Positions 47,004 to 59,958 of a stretch of 64,000 nt of DNA are shown here, piece by piece; within the stretch, counting starts at the first letter, position 1, and every line of letters begins with the position of its first letter. Source of the DNA: Neoechinorhynchus agilis (taxonomy: Eukaryota > Animalia > Acanthocephala); NCBI GenBank assembly GCA_051530055.1, contig CM121341.1, positions 13,804,784-13,868,783 of the forward strand, read 5' to 3'. The translations under genes and the position numbers were made by a program. A model generated the notes under the pieces. The model made no database searches. It saw nothing but the letters and a program-made list of their open reading frames with translations, and was not told the origin of the DNA.

Positions 47004-49204
47004 AAATCGAATATAGATCAATCGTAGTTATTAAAATCTTTTTTACTTTCAAAGGTGGAATTTCTTTTTTCTTTGGTAAATTTCTCAAACAACAAAGAAT
47101 ATTGCAAGATTTGAAGTCGAATTAGTTTTTCTCCGACAAGACATAAAAGTCAAAGTGCTCTAAAAGGTTCATCCGCAAAAAAATCTTATTCTATGAAAAA
47201 TCTGAGCGGAAAAGTAGCATTAACAGCACTGAGAGAGATGACAAACAACAAATTGGTTACGGAACTGCAACCTCTCGAGAGAGAGAAAAATGCGTGAGTG
47301 AGAAGAAGAGATGGCAAACGTCAACTGGCTCTCGCACATAAAAAACCCAAGTCCATCAAATCACAAGAAAACATTTAGACGTTTTCGAGCAGATGGAGGA
47401 TAAAGATGTTCCACCATTCGCATTGGAATTTCCCGATCTTTGGATATCCAAAACCCATTATTCTGATCAAGACGATGAAAAGTAATTTTTTGTTAATATT
47501 TTGTACTCTACTCGCGGTACTTCTTTCCCACGTAAAGGGCGAAATATTAACAAAAGTTTACTTTTAATCGTCTTGATCATAATAATCAGCGGATAACATC
47601 TTTACAACTATTTAAATTGAGTTCAACTTAAAAACAAGGACATTAGCGAGATCGTACGATTCTTTCTCGTCATTAAAAACAAAATCTCGGCAATTCAATA
47701 CTCAAAATTTCAATGTTTTTCGTGTTTCATTTGATAGTCGTTTTAGCTTTATTCGTTGTCGAACGTGTTTTGGTTTGTAAAGTCACATTTTTCTATTATT
47801 CTTAAAGAGTTTCTTTAATTCCATTGAAAAGATGGTTGATTCGGTTCGATTGTATAAAATACCCGTGACCGACGAAACAGAACAGGGTTTCTGATACTAT
47901 TTGTTACTTTTCCCTCCCCCCATTGATCGAAACTATTATTGATTCCGTTCGATTGTATAAAATACCCACGAACGAAGAAAGGGAATTTCTCTTTTTTTCC
48001 GTTAGCAAATCCCTCAAACTGATCGAGATAAACTTGTTCGCTTAATGGAGCGTTTTCTCTTGAATTATAGGGCTTGTGGCTGTCTCTCCCTCGAAACAAA
48101 ACGTGTTTCATTGAGAATTTCGTCTCTCTTTTGGGAGAAAGTCTTTATTTCTGTTCTCTAAAAAGTGCTTGTTCCGACATTAACGCGTTTTATGCTTCAA
48201 GTCCGGGCGACCGAGAAATGTGGCGGGCTTTATTCTCCCTTTTAAAAGGTCCCACCAATTTTAAAAATATCGCCTTTATTTACCTTTTTTGTGTGATTAT
48301 AGTAACATCAACTTTATTATGGGTTTTCACTTCCGATCCCCCCCCAAGTCTTCATTGCTCAATTAACCGAATGGATTTAGGTTTATTAGACGCTCATTCA
48401 TAATTTTTCTAAAGTGTAGATCGAAAAGTTATTATTTTAGTCCATCATCCGCACTCGTAAGTGCGAATATCACAGCAAAAACTATTGAATTGATAACATA
48501 GCTTATTCAATCAATCAAAATATACATTCGTCAACTTTAATGATCTCTCTCAGGTGCTAAAAAGCTACCTAAATAATAACGTATTTTATCTTTATTAGAA
48601 TACAATCGTCAACAAATATAAAAAAGTGGTTATTTTACTTTCACAGCGACTAATAGATTTATAAGTTCGTTTATGGGTTATTGATGTGTGAAGGGTACAA
48701 AAGGCGAAAAAGCCTCTAAACACCCACGGAGGTTTTTCTAAAGATCCTGCAAAACATGAGGAAAACGCTAGTTCCCTTGTATATATCTCGAGCAAACGAA
48801 TATCCCGATAGATTATTACCTAATGTTTCGGCATCCCATTTTTGTCACTAGATAGCCGGCTGAGGGATTCGAAAAGTGGACGTTTCTTTATTGATGATCG
48901 AAAAATTTCAAACACCACGCACAAGACATGGGAGTTTCTGAAGCACAAAGCCCGTCACAATCTTCCCTGTATATTTCAAGTTCCAAAGCACTAACAAAGA
49001 TTTCTTAAAAAATGCCCCGGTTGTGCATTTGCTTTGGGGTTTAGGAAGGTGCACCTTCATTGCTAGAGGATAACAAAAGGTCTCTTTTTTTTGGAAATCG
49101 AGCTCCGGACCTTCCAAATAAAAGTTCCAGGTTCTGAATGATAAATCCTTTGTTTCCATGACTACCTCGTATTCCTTACGGACATTAGCGCAGAACAGTT
49201 GAAG

Positions 49205-52200
49205 ATGACAACGGATCGTGATCGCCGTCGACAGATCAGTGTTCGAGGAGTAGCCCTGGTGGACGATGTGGCTTCTTTTATTAATTCGTTCAATCGACAT
49301 CTCCACTTCACACAAGTAAAGGACCGTGACATTGCAACCCCGATGGATTTTTACAAATCATTGGCTCGAAGTGTATGGGACCATATATGCGCCAAATGGA
49401 TTCGAACCCGACAATACTACGCCTCGACTGATCCAAAGCGAGTTTACTATCTATCACTCGAATACTACCTCGGTCGAGCTTTGTCCAATACAATGGTTAA
49501 CAACGGAGTCGAGAGTGCGTTTGACGAAGCCATGTACCAGCTAGGCATTGACATCGAAGAACTCGAAGATGTGGAGCCAGATGCCGGTCTTGGAAATGGT
49601 GGTCTTGGTCGTCTAGCTGCCTGCTACCTGGATTCAATGGCGACGTTGGGGATCGCTGGATCAGGATATGGGATTAGGTACGACTATGGGATATTTACTC
49701 AAGCACTAGAAAATGGCTATCAAGTTGAACATCCTGATGATTGGCTTCGATACGGAAATATGTGGGAATTGGCCCGCCCGGAATACACAATTCCAATTCC
49801 ATTATACGGGCGAGTTATTAGTTTCGAGGGAAAGGACAGATGGGTGGATACTCAGACCATTTACGCGATGCCGTACGACACTCCAATTTCAGGATACAGA
49901 AACAACTTCGTGAACACTCTACGATTGTGGTCGGCTAAGGCAAGTGAAGAATTTAATCTGAAATTCTTTAATGACGGAGATTATATTAAAGCGGTCGAAG
50001 AGAGCAGTACAGCTGAGAACATCTCCCGAGTTCTTTATCCAAACGATAATGTTCGTGAAGGAAAGGAGCTAAGATTAAAACAAGAATATTTCATGGTCGC
50101 TGCTACCATCCATGACATAATGAGACAATTCAAGCTTTCTAAAACTTACATTGAAACAAAGGATCGCTTCAATGCTCTCAGAAAATTGCCACAAAAAGCT
50201 GCCATTCAACTTAATGACACACATCCAGCTCTGGCTATACCTGAGCTCATCCGTGTTCTCATTGACATCGAAGGCCTCGATTTCAATGAGGCGTTCAATA
50301 TAACACAATGCACTTGCGCCTACACTAACCACACTCTCTTACCGGAAGCTCTTGAACGATGGCCGGTTCCAATGCTTGAACATATTCTGCCACGACACTT
50401 ATCGATCATTTATTTAATCAATATGAATTTCATGGATCTACTATCTCGTCGATGGCCTGGAGATTTTGACCGAATGAGTAGAATGTCCATCGTAGAAGAA
50501 GGACACGGGAAACGAATTAATATGGCTCATTTGTCCATCGTGGGATGCCATACGGTCAACGGAGTAGCTGCTCTACACACTGATCTTTTAAAGTCGTCAC
50601 TGTGAGTACCTTTTGTTTTAAAACGAGCCCCGGATCCTCCGATCCGTCGTAGATTTAGTATTCGTTACAAAAAACGTTAGGTTCGTTTTGTAGAACAAGC
50701 CAGACTATTAAATTGGACAACATAAATAATATAACGTTGCCAAATACTAGTTGACTCTCTAGCAACATTATTTTGTTCAAATTTTGTTTTCGAAAATGGA
50801 CACTTGCGTAGTGGGCTGGTGTAATGATCTACTTCCAAACAATTCCTTAGCTTAAGCCGCGTAAGACGGCGAAAACTAAAAAATATTATGATTTTCTTTC
50901 TTGTAAAGATGTTCATCATATACTTTTTTATGGCGAATTATATCAATTGATTTATTTGATAATTTTCGGCCTTCGCGCAGGCTTTCTTCAGTCCATTGTT
51001 TCGCAAGTTTTTAAATATGTGAGTTCGTGAACTTACAAACAATAGAATTCGCTATAAAAAAGATTTTCCTTCTCTCATTACAACAGTCAACCACGTAAAT
51101 GTCCATTTTTGAATACAAAAATTGGTTAACCGTAAAATAAATGGGTATTTTTCAAAAATTCGTGTTTTGTAATTTTTAGATCTTTTTAAACATTTTCAGA
51201 AATTTAATTAGTGCGACATCTCGATATGTGTAAACCTAGAAACGCATTAAAAATATTTAGTTGAAAGCTTGTCGAATTTGCACGATTAAATCTAGGAAAT
51301 TTCTCTCTCTTATTCTACATCTCAGGTTTCGTGACTTTTACGAACTATGGCCTGAAAAATTTCAAAATAAGACGAATGGAATAACACCTAGGCGATGGCT
51401 TCTTCTCTGCAATCCGTCGTTGTCATATTTACTCGCTGAGGTGATTACTTATTTTGTGTTTTTGTATCTTTGAAAACTCATTTCAGAGTATTGGCGACAA
51501 ATGGACCACTGATTTGTATGAACTAAAGAAAATTCTTCCTATGATTACCAAAAAGGATTTTATAAATGAAATAATTAAAGTTAAATTGGTAAGTGATTTA
51601 TAGAGGTTGTCTTTCATTCGAAATTCTCATTAGGAGAATAAAATGAAATTGGCCAAATGGATAAAGGAAGAAATGGGTGTTGATGTGGATCACAGGGCAA
51701 TGTTTGATGTTCACGTAAAACGAATCCACGAATACAAAAGACAGCTTTTGAACGTTCTTCACGTCATTACCCTTTACAATCGAATTAGAGAAGATCCTAG
51801 TGTAGCAGTAACACCTCGCGTGGTAATGATCGGTGGAAAGGCAGCTCCGGGTTATCATATGGCTAAAAAGATTATAAAACTTATTACAAGTGTTGCTGAC
51901 GTTGTTAACAATGATCCCATTGTAAAAGATAAGTTGAAACTTCTTTTTCTTCCCAATTATAGAGTTACGCTGGCTGAGAGAATAATCCCCGCGACTGATT
52001 TGAGTGAGCAGATATCTTTGGCAGGGATGGAAGCCTCTGGAACGGGTAATATGAAGTTCATGTTAAATGGAGCTCTCACTATTGGAACACTTGACGGAGC
52101 CAATGTTGAAATGGCGGAAGAAGCCGGCCGAGAAAATTTATTTATCTTTGGAATGACAGTAGAAGAGGTTGACGAACTTCGAAAAAGGAATTACAACCCA

Positions 52201-52587
52201 GAAGATTATTATAATCGAATACCTGAACTTAGATTGGCGATCGACCAAATTAGTTCTGGATTCTTTTCGCCAACTCAGCGTGACCTGTTTAAAGACATCG
52301 TTGACAATCTTCTTAAAAACGGAGACTATTACATGCTCTGTGCTGATTTTGAGAGTTATTTAAAAGCACAAGCCAAGGCTTCAGATCTCTTCCTCGACAA
52401 CGTGGCATGGGCTCAAATGGTTGTAAAAAACATTGCTGCCTGTGGGAAGTTTTCTTCTGATCGAGCTATTGCCGAATACGCGAAGGAAATTTGGGGAGTG
52501 GAAATCGACTCACAGGTTCTGCCATTGCCTCAACATGGACGCAAAAGCAGCAGCATTCAAGAGGGCAGTGAAGTCAACAGTCCATAA
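49205..52587 (+). CDS. PYG: Glycogen phosphorylase copy 2, 3 introns
   Basis: Full motif set. First exon 49205-50601 is uninterrupted; introns at about 50602-51327, 51441-51487 and 51589-51634. Confidence 0.97.
50901..51064. mobile_element. Foldback MITE family copy 2 (inverted, one arm eroded) in a phosphorylase 2 intron
   Basis: ttgtaaagatgttcatcat...ttttttatggcgaatt...ggccttcgcgcaggctttcttcagtc is the reverse complement of the right part of 26230-26425. Confidence 0.75.
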
Positions 52588-52849
52588 AGACTTGCTCTCC
52601 TACTAGACAAAAGCGAGCAGTGATTACCAACAATTAGATTGTTTTTGCGGACTAGAATGGTTCGAACTTAAATTCTCAAACGTTCTGTACCAAAGAGCTA
52701 TAAAGAAGGGCAGAAATAGACTCGGTAATTCAGTACTTTTTTGCGTTAAGTGTACTACCTATAGCTTTGATGTTAAATTTTTCATTCCGACAATAACATC
52801 AATTCGCGCCTAAAAATATCAAATGAGTCTTTGACTTCCTTTTCCGTTA

Positions 52850-53930
52850 TCACGGTTCTAAGATATTCTCGTCGCTGGAGATTCTCGGTGATTGAGTTGA
52901 GAACGGACTCATTCCTTGCTGGTGCAGATTGCTGACTCCAGCGCCTCCATAACTGGGAAACCCGGCGGTTCTCGACGACTGTTGATCGATATCTTTACAT
53001 CGGCAACAAAAGTCGCATCCATCGGCAGCCAGGGCTCCTGCACGCCGCCAAAACGAATAATTCGGGATTTGATCGACACCGGTGGCGTGAAGGTGGAATC
53101 GTCTGTAACATAATCCGCCAATAAAATAAGCCAAGGCGATAATTAGGAAGATCAGAGAAAATATTGATCCACCTGACAACCCTCCGCAGGATTTCGTAGG
53201 GACCGGTGTGGTCGTCGTTGCGCCATCGCCCTTAGCTACGACGTAGACGATTAAAAGAGGAGTAGTGCAATCTTCATTTGTTTGGTCAATGACAGTAACG
53301 CTGTATTGATTGTCTTTTGTCTGACCCTCCATGAATAATATTTGAGCTGAGCGTCGTATCGTTGAATCGTTTCCACCGCACATATCTCCGCCATGGTAAG
53401 TTAGAACAGAGAAATCTTAAGACGAGAATTAGATATTACTTTTTAGAGAGATTTGTGTTTCACAAAACGCCCCTCTTCAAATACCACAAATATTTTGTGT
53501 TTCGCAACGAGGTTCAATGGTCACCACTGATCAATAAAAAACAGGTAGTTTTAAATGATGTGCGAACCCAATCAGGGGCATTCGATGAGTCCGAATTGAA
53601 CTTAGCCTACTTACTTCGTTTCTTCACAAAGCTGGTTTCATTGAGTCGACCATACACAGTCGCCTGTCCCGAGTCGCACTTGTTTTCATATCTTATGATT
53701 GCATCCATCGCCTGCGTCACATTAGGGATTGTTTCACAGATTCCCATCGCGTAGCAATGTCCATTTTCTTCAGGAGCCCATTTAAACACCCGTCCTGGAA
53801 TACTTGCCAAATCAGTTTCCGCGATAACCGAACCGTTTTTTGTCCTGCAGGCTGAACCATCGGCGGTGGAAACGAAAACCGACGTTTGTAGGAGCAAAAT
53901 GACTAAATTGATCGGCACAATCGGAGACAT
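52850..53930 (-). CDS. M6PR: Cation-dependent mannose-6-phosphate receptor / ATG27-like type I membrane protein, 2 exons
   Basis: Signal peptide, MRH-like Cys pattern (CYAMGIC, YGRLNET, LTYHGGDMC..RRSAQI), GLSGGSIFSLIFLIIALAYFIGG, GVDQIPNYSFW, acidic tail DENILEP. Phase-1 intron A|GTAAGT...TTAAG|AT. Confidence 0.88.
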
Positions 53931-54014
53931 AATGTAGTGCCGCCGTCTATTTGAGTAGTTTCTTATCTAAAAAGGAGAAGTAAAAAGAATTCTTTGTTTC
54001 ACGCATAGAAGATC

Positions 54015-54520
54015 TTAAGCAGCATTTGAGCAAATGAGATTTTGCCGTTCAATTGTCCCTATAAAAAACATGAACGAGAAACACACTTTTAGCCAAAGAA
54101 AACTAATTTTCAACAGTCTGACTGCATTCATAAATGTTTTTTCTCTGGCAACGGTTTGGCGTCTTGCCAAGAGGCAAAAACTAAAAAACCGAGGAAGGGA
54201 TGTCCTAAAAATCAACCTGACTACAGCTAAACTAACACCGCGGGTGCCAGAAATCCAAACTTGCTTCCGAGTAATGGAGGGGCAATCTAGCATAACTGTG
54301 CCGGGTGGAGGACTTCAAGGCTCATTCGTCGTTACAGTTGCCGGACATTGCTGTTGGGAACCCTGAACATTAGAGGGTAAATCTAGATTTAGCGATGGTG
54401 GAACAGAGCAGCCGGACATCTCAGTAACATCCGTGTTCTTTTATGAATGGAAAGCAATATAATAAACAAAATTGGATTGAGATGAAGATCTTCATGAATC
54501 CTCGAAATTCGAGGAGGAAA
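54015..54520 (-). pseudogene. Unknown small gene with in-frame TGA (54315-54317), one arm of an inverted duplication
   Basis: Frame MSGCSVPPSLNL...NEP*SPPPGTVMLDC...LWLKVCFSFMFFIG. 54290-54520 is the reverse-complement homologue of 55090-55400. Confidence 0.4.
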
Positions 54521-55089
54521 GCTCCGTTCTCTTAAGTAAAAGTAACGACGACGGGTCTCGTTTGTCGCTAGTGGGAAAAAATGGATAAACATTTTTCCGC
54601 TTTCGCGCCTTCTCGCTGTCGTGAGTCTCTAAAAGCTACTAAATTTACATACGCGCAACTCGCGCTGACATACTAGGAGAAAAACCGCGATTGGCATGAG
54701 AATACTTTGCAAATATTATCCATCGAACGAAAAAAAAACGAATAATTTCTAATCTTCAGATAGAACTTAAAAATTAAATGCGTCAGATGTATAGAAATCA
54801 CAGCTAGGAAATCCGTCGGGGTGGTAAATTTTGGCGATTATAACATCCCGGATAAAACGTATTTTATTGAATTAAGAGACATTTCGAAAGCGGAAACGTC
54901 GCCTCATCAGGCATTAATAAAATATCTTTTAACCGTGATTATCATCACCGAGAATCAAAATATATAAAAGTACTAAAAAGTGCTCAATATATTCGATTCA
55001 CGTAAGCAGGGTTATATAATCCTTTAGCTATCGGCGTAACAGAATTAAAGCCAGCGTCCAAGGTCCTCCAGGTAAAGCGCACTAATCGT

Positions 55090-55400
55090 TGGCCTCCTCG
55101 AATTTCGAGGATTCATGAGGATCTTCATCTCAATCCAATTTTGTTTATTATATTGCTTTCCATTCATAAAAGAACATGGAACGAGGACCCTAAGACCCCG
55201 ACGAGTGTTACTGATATCTTTTCCTATAATCCCAGATCCGGTTGCTCGGCTTTAAATCCATGCGGTCCATGGCAAAACTAAAAAATGAGACGACTATCAT
55301 CAGAGCTCCCTTTGCCCTCTAATGTTTAGGACTCCTAACGGCAATGTCCGACACCGCAATAACGAAGAAAAGTCATCCATCTGGAACAGTTCTGCTCGGA
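55090..55400 (+). pseudogene. More decayed inverted duplicate of 54290-54520
   Basis: About 80 bp are near-identical (55093-55177 vs 54438-54518); further homology carries several stops. Confidence 0.65.
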
Positions 55401-56632
55401 AGCGGGTTGAATTTATGGGCCTAATCCCTGATAAATATTTAATTGAACAATTTCGAAAGAGGAAGCCTCATCAATCATTGTTTTTGCTCTTTAACCTCTG
55501 AATATCTACCGCGAACGATTTTCACTCGATGATCTCCCTTTTCCGATTTTAAATGTATTAATTTTTTTAAACATAATATATTTTTAACAATTCAAACAAT
55601 CTGTTTGAAGCACACTCACCACCTCCCGCCAAATTCCAGCTTTTGTCCTTCCTCGACCGTCGCCGTCACGCTGGCAGCATTGCCTCGTTGTACTGCCAGC
55701 GAGAAAAAATTGATTTAAAAAACCTTATTTGCACTTTTTGATCTCTATTTATAGTTGGTATCCAAAAAGTACAAATTAAGCTGAATTTGTATTTGTTCAA
55801 CTGTTTTTTCTAGAATATTTCATAAAAAATGACCAAAGACCCTATAGTTTTCTAAATTATATTCAATTCATTATTGGCAAATAAAAATTATGAAGCAAAA
55901 TTCGAAACACTCATTTAAATAGACCAAAACAAGCCTGTAACTCTAAAAAATGCAAAAAATTGCCATCTGCGATCAGAACCGTAAATGATAGTTTGTGAGT
56001 TCGGATGAAAGCAGTTAAAACCCCACAAAATGGAATTTAGGAATTCTTACTTTCATAGGATGACCATCAAACACGAAAGAATCACATATAAGTACTGGTT
56101 CTGACATTGAACTTGTAATCCGATGAAACGTTTATCTTTAAAACGCTTACAGATGGCTTTTGAGCAGAGTGAGACGGAAGAATCGACAATTCGGTGCTAC
56201 GTCACGCGCAATGTAGGACACGTCTGAGGGAAGATTCTAAGATTTCGAGTTGAACAGTTAGGATTTTCGCACTAACGACTAAAGAAGGTGTTCAGTAAAG
56301 TGGACAAAACACGTTCGACAAAAAATTCCATCCTTTACTTTTTCTTAAGCTCTTGAAATTAATCGGTGTGCAAAAAGATGAAATTAAAGATTATTTGAAT
56401 CACGATAAAGCAATAAAATCGTCCTTTTGACAATTGATCGATTGCTTAGGGCTTTTTTAATATGAGTACTTTTCTTAGGCCGGTCGTTTCCCTCATTCGG
56501 CGTTCCAATTCTACGTATTTTTCCAACTTCTTTCCCTTTTCCCATCATCATCGTCGGGGATTCCATTGATCGCATATTTTCACTTGATGTTTAGGTGGAT
56601 TACTGATTTTTTTAGAAACGTGGGATTGTGAC

Positions 56633-57358
56633 ATGTCCGAGAATCCGATTGTATTTTTTGATATAAACGTCGCAGGAAGTGTAAGTGAACCTTTTATATG
56701 CTTATTGATATTAAAAGTGCCTTTCTTTGAAGGATATTGGACGAATAAAGATGGAATTGTTTGCAGACATTGTCCCAAAGACTGCGGAGAACTTTCGGCA
56801 GTTTTGTACTGGTGAACACAAACAGGACGATATTCCCGTCGGATACAAGAATGCGACGTTTCATCGGTATTTTTAAATGACTCAATAATAATCGCAAAAT
56901 ATTCGTATATACTCCTTTCCGAAGGGTTATAAAGGATTTTATGATCCAAGGAGGAGATTTCGTAAACGTGAGATGTGTTACTGCTAGTTTTGAACTCATA
57001 TAGTGATCGATTAGCACGATGGAACGGGAAATTGTAGCATTTACGGTCCCGTGTTTCCCGACGAGAATTTCACTGTGAGTCATTCTCATGCTGGTTTACT
57101 ATCGATGGCCAACAGCGCTCCTAACACCAATGGCTGTCAATTCTTCATAACCTGTGCTAAATGTGAGTTTTTGGATGGCAAGCACGTTGTTTTCGGTAAG
57201 TGATAAACTCTTTAAAGAAATCTCAATTAAAGGCCGCGATTTTTAAAGGAAAAGTCATCGATGGAATGTTAGTAGTCCGAAAAATCGAGAACATCCCAGT
57301 CGCTCCGTCAAACAAACCAAAGCTTCCGGTTGTAATAAGTCAATGTGGTCAAATGTAA
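56633..57358 (+). CDS. PPIH: Cyclophilin H (spliceosomal PPIase), multi-exon
   Basis: [24 protein letters not shown]...[71 protein letters not shown]. Confidence 0.93.
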
Positions 57359-57375
57359 AAGTTTCTCTCTCTCGT

Positions 57376-59958
57376 TTACTGATCTTTCATCTTATGTTCC
57401 AATAAACGGAGTCTACGCTCGTGCTGAGTGAGCTCAGTCCATATTTTAGTGAAAGCTTCTTCTCCAAACACCTTCCGGCGTTTCATGTTGCATGGTTGTG
57501 AGGGGGGAAGAGATACGATGGCGCCCGTGGGTGGTGGTTGATCTTTGGGTTGTTCCCAAAGACGACGATCCACCACTACACATCTCTCTTTTTCCTGGCG
57601 TTTCGGTTCTTGTTCACTTTTCACGACCAACTCGCTAACTCGAATGTCCTTGCTTCGAGGGCGTATGGACCGCATTATTGGAAAGCTACCCACTTGAGTC
57701 CGCCTACTCAACTCCTGCCGCAACTCGTGAACCGTTTTGCACGGACTTTCGTCAACTCCTCGTTCGATCGACCATCGCTGTACACCCGAATCACAAGCTC
57801 CGGCGGCGGAAGCGGCCGCGGATGAATTGAGCAGGTGAGCGGGCAAGGGAACAAAGGTAGTTTGAATCTTCGAAGGTGAAGATACTAGCGTACCGTCTTT
57901 AAAGCCGTCGTCATTTACAGGTCCCATTGCAGGAAATGGTAGTGTGGTTGAAGCTGTTCGTAGCTTAGGTTCAACTAAGTCAATCATTGGAACCGGTAGA
58001 TTTAATTGATTTATCGGTGTGCGGTATCTTTCTGTTAACTCACTCGATTTAAACCATACCAGCGGATCGCTGATCAAAGGTTTTCTTAAATCGTGAGTGT
58101 CTGGAAAAAGATCAGCTTGGAATAGTCCCGATCTACGCGGGACAATCATTGAAATCGGTTCGCAGATCCCGGATCCGTGCAGCTTGTAGAATCGAGCGAT
58201 TTCATTTTGCTTGTGATCAAGATCTAGTTTAGGCATTGCGGCGTACCCGTGCTGTGGTTGATTTGAAACGTATTCTGAGAGGTAAAAGAAATATGGTTCA
58301 TGCCGGATTATCTCATAATAACGGAAGTTTCCGTCACCCTAAATACAATGGCGGTTTGAATAACAGGAATACGAATATCGTACCTTCCCAATGAGATAAA
58401 CTATATCGAGGTCTGGATCGTAGTAGGGGAACAGTATTCCATTTCCTTGATCGATCATGTCTACTGCTAGTGATTCACCCATATCTCTCTTTTCGAGCGT
58501 TTGGATAAGTGAAAATAACACATTTGGCACTTACCATGTCCCAGAGAGCCATTTGCCGGCTTCCTATCTTTGAAAATCCACTAGAGAATATTGTGCGATT
58601 GTCGGATAAAAACAAAGCCTTCGATGGCTTTGAGGATCCAGAGTGTCCTTCCGTTTGCTATGCATTTTAGCAGTTGAATGCAAGGCAAAAATAACACTTT
58701 ACAGAGAAAAGTAAAAATGTAATTTTTAGAAAGATGTTCTTCGGAAATCAGACTTTAACATCTTCAAATTGTTCACAGCTGTTGTTTTTTAATGGAGGAA
58801 AGTAAAAAAACTGGGATACAGGCGCAAGGCCCGTGTATTCTATCTTTTAATATTTGGTTAGGATATTTGGCACCTGTTACCGAAGTGGCATTCTTCTAAA
58901 TTCGATGTACACATTTCAATGTAATGAGCGTTTGATGCTTTACAATCAGAGAGTTTAAAGATACTGGAACGTGTTTATTCTTATACTTAAGCATCAAACG
59001 CTAATTACATTGATGCTTAAGAATCAGAATAAACACTTTCCTGCTATTTTTAAGTTAATTCTCTGATGCTCGAGAACAGTGGGGTTTTGACTTCGCAACT
59101 ATTCACTTGGCTAATTCGTAGAATGGGCACCTCGATTCCCTGAGCTTCGTAGTAATAGAAATTACGGTGTATTGGCTGGTTTGAATACTCACGACAGCAG
59201 TTTCATTGGATCTTGGATCGATGAAGCGAATTTTCCCATCATTGCAGGTTGTCACTAGGAGTCGTCCATCAAAGCTCCATTCGAGCGAATGGATATTTTG
59301 AGGGAAATTATTGTATCTAAGACTGGACGAACTCGAACTACAATTCCATAATCTTACCTAAATATTTCGGATTTTTGAGTTTCGAGCGCAATTTTTAGTC
59401 CGAACTCACACATCTGTCCAGTCCGGCACTGGCTAAAACACCAGCAGCCACTGGGTTCCAGCGTACGTAAGACACTCTGCGACTGTGTTCGCCCATCTTC
59501 GCAACTGGATCATGGATGTTTTCTACGAGACCACACCGTGGAATGTTCCATATTCTGATGAACCCATCGTCGCTTCCGGACGCAATTTGATTAGCGATAA
59601 AAGGATTAAATTTTACATCACTAACAGGAGCCCGATGACCTGTGATTCTTGGAGACTCGACGCCGACTCGTCCGGTCTACATGGACTTTAATTTTCTTAG
59701 GTTTAAAACAAACAAAAGACTCACGTGATTCAAATTCACAACTACAAATGAACCACCTCCGGTGTTCTCGAGAACAACAGCCAGAAAAGCTCCATTTACA
59801 TCACATGCATTGGTACCTTGTGCACTAAGACTGATATTTATCTCTTTATAAAACCCAAGCTCTCGTCTATGGAATCCATAAGTGTGGCGATACTTGGACT
59901 GGTGCTGCTCGGCGATAATCTCAGCGGCTGTCTTAGTATTCGACCTACGGCTCGTCAT
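57376..59958 (-). CDS. CORO: Coronin (WD40 actin-binding protein), multi-exon
   Basis: SKYRHTYG, VNGAFLAVV..GGGSFVV, SGSEDCTVRLW, LFPYYDPDLDIVYLIGK, EIARFYKL, ISMIVPRRS..FQADLFPDT and a coiled-coil C-terminus. Confidence 0.93.
58965..59042. repeat. Small hairpin/MITE-like palindrome in a coronin intron
   Basis: gtgtttattct...cttaagcatcaa pairs with ttgatgcttaag...agaataaacac. Confidence 0.6.

Noticed and set aside
1219-54317. Alternative genetic code or stop read-through, suggested by in-frame stops at 1219, 21649, 27894, 29141, 38612 and 54315
   Set aside because: 27894 and 29141 fall inside plausible GT-AG introns, others are in TE or pseudogene sequence, no single amino acid fits all, and TAA, TGA and TAG all end normal genes here.
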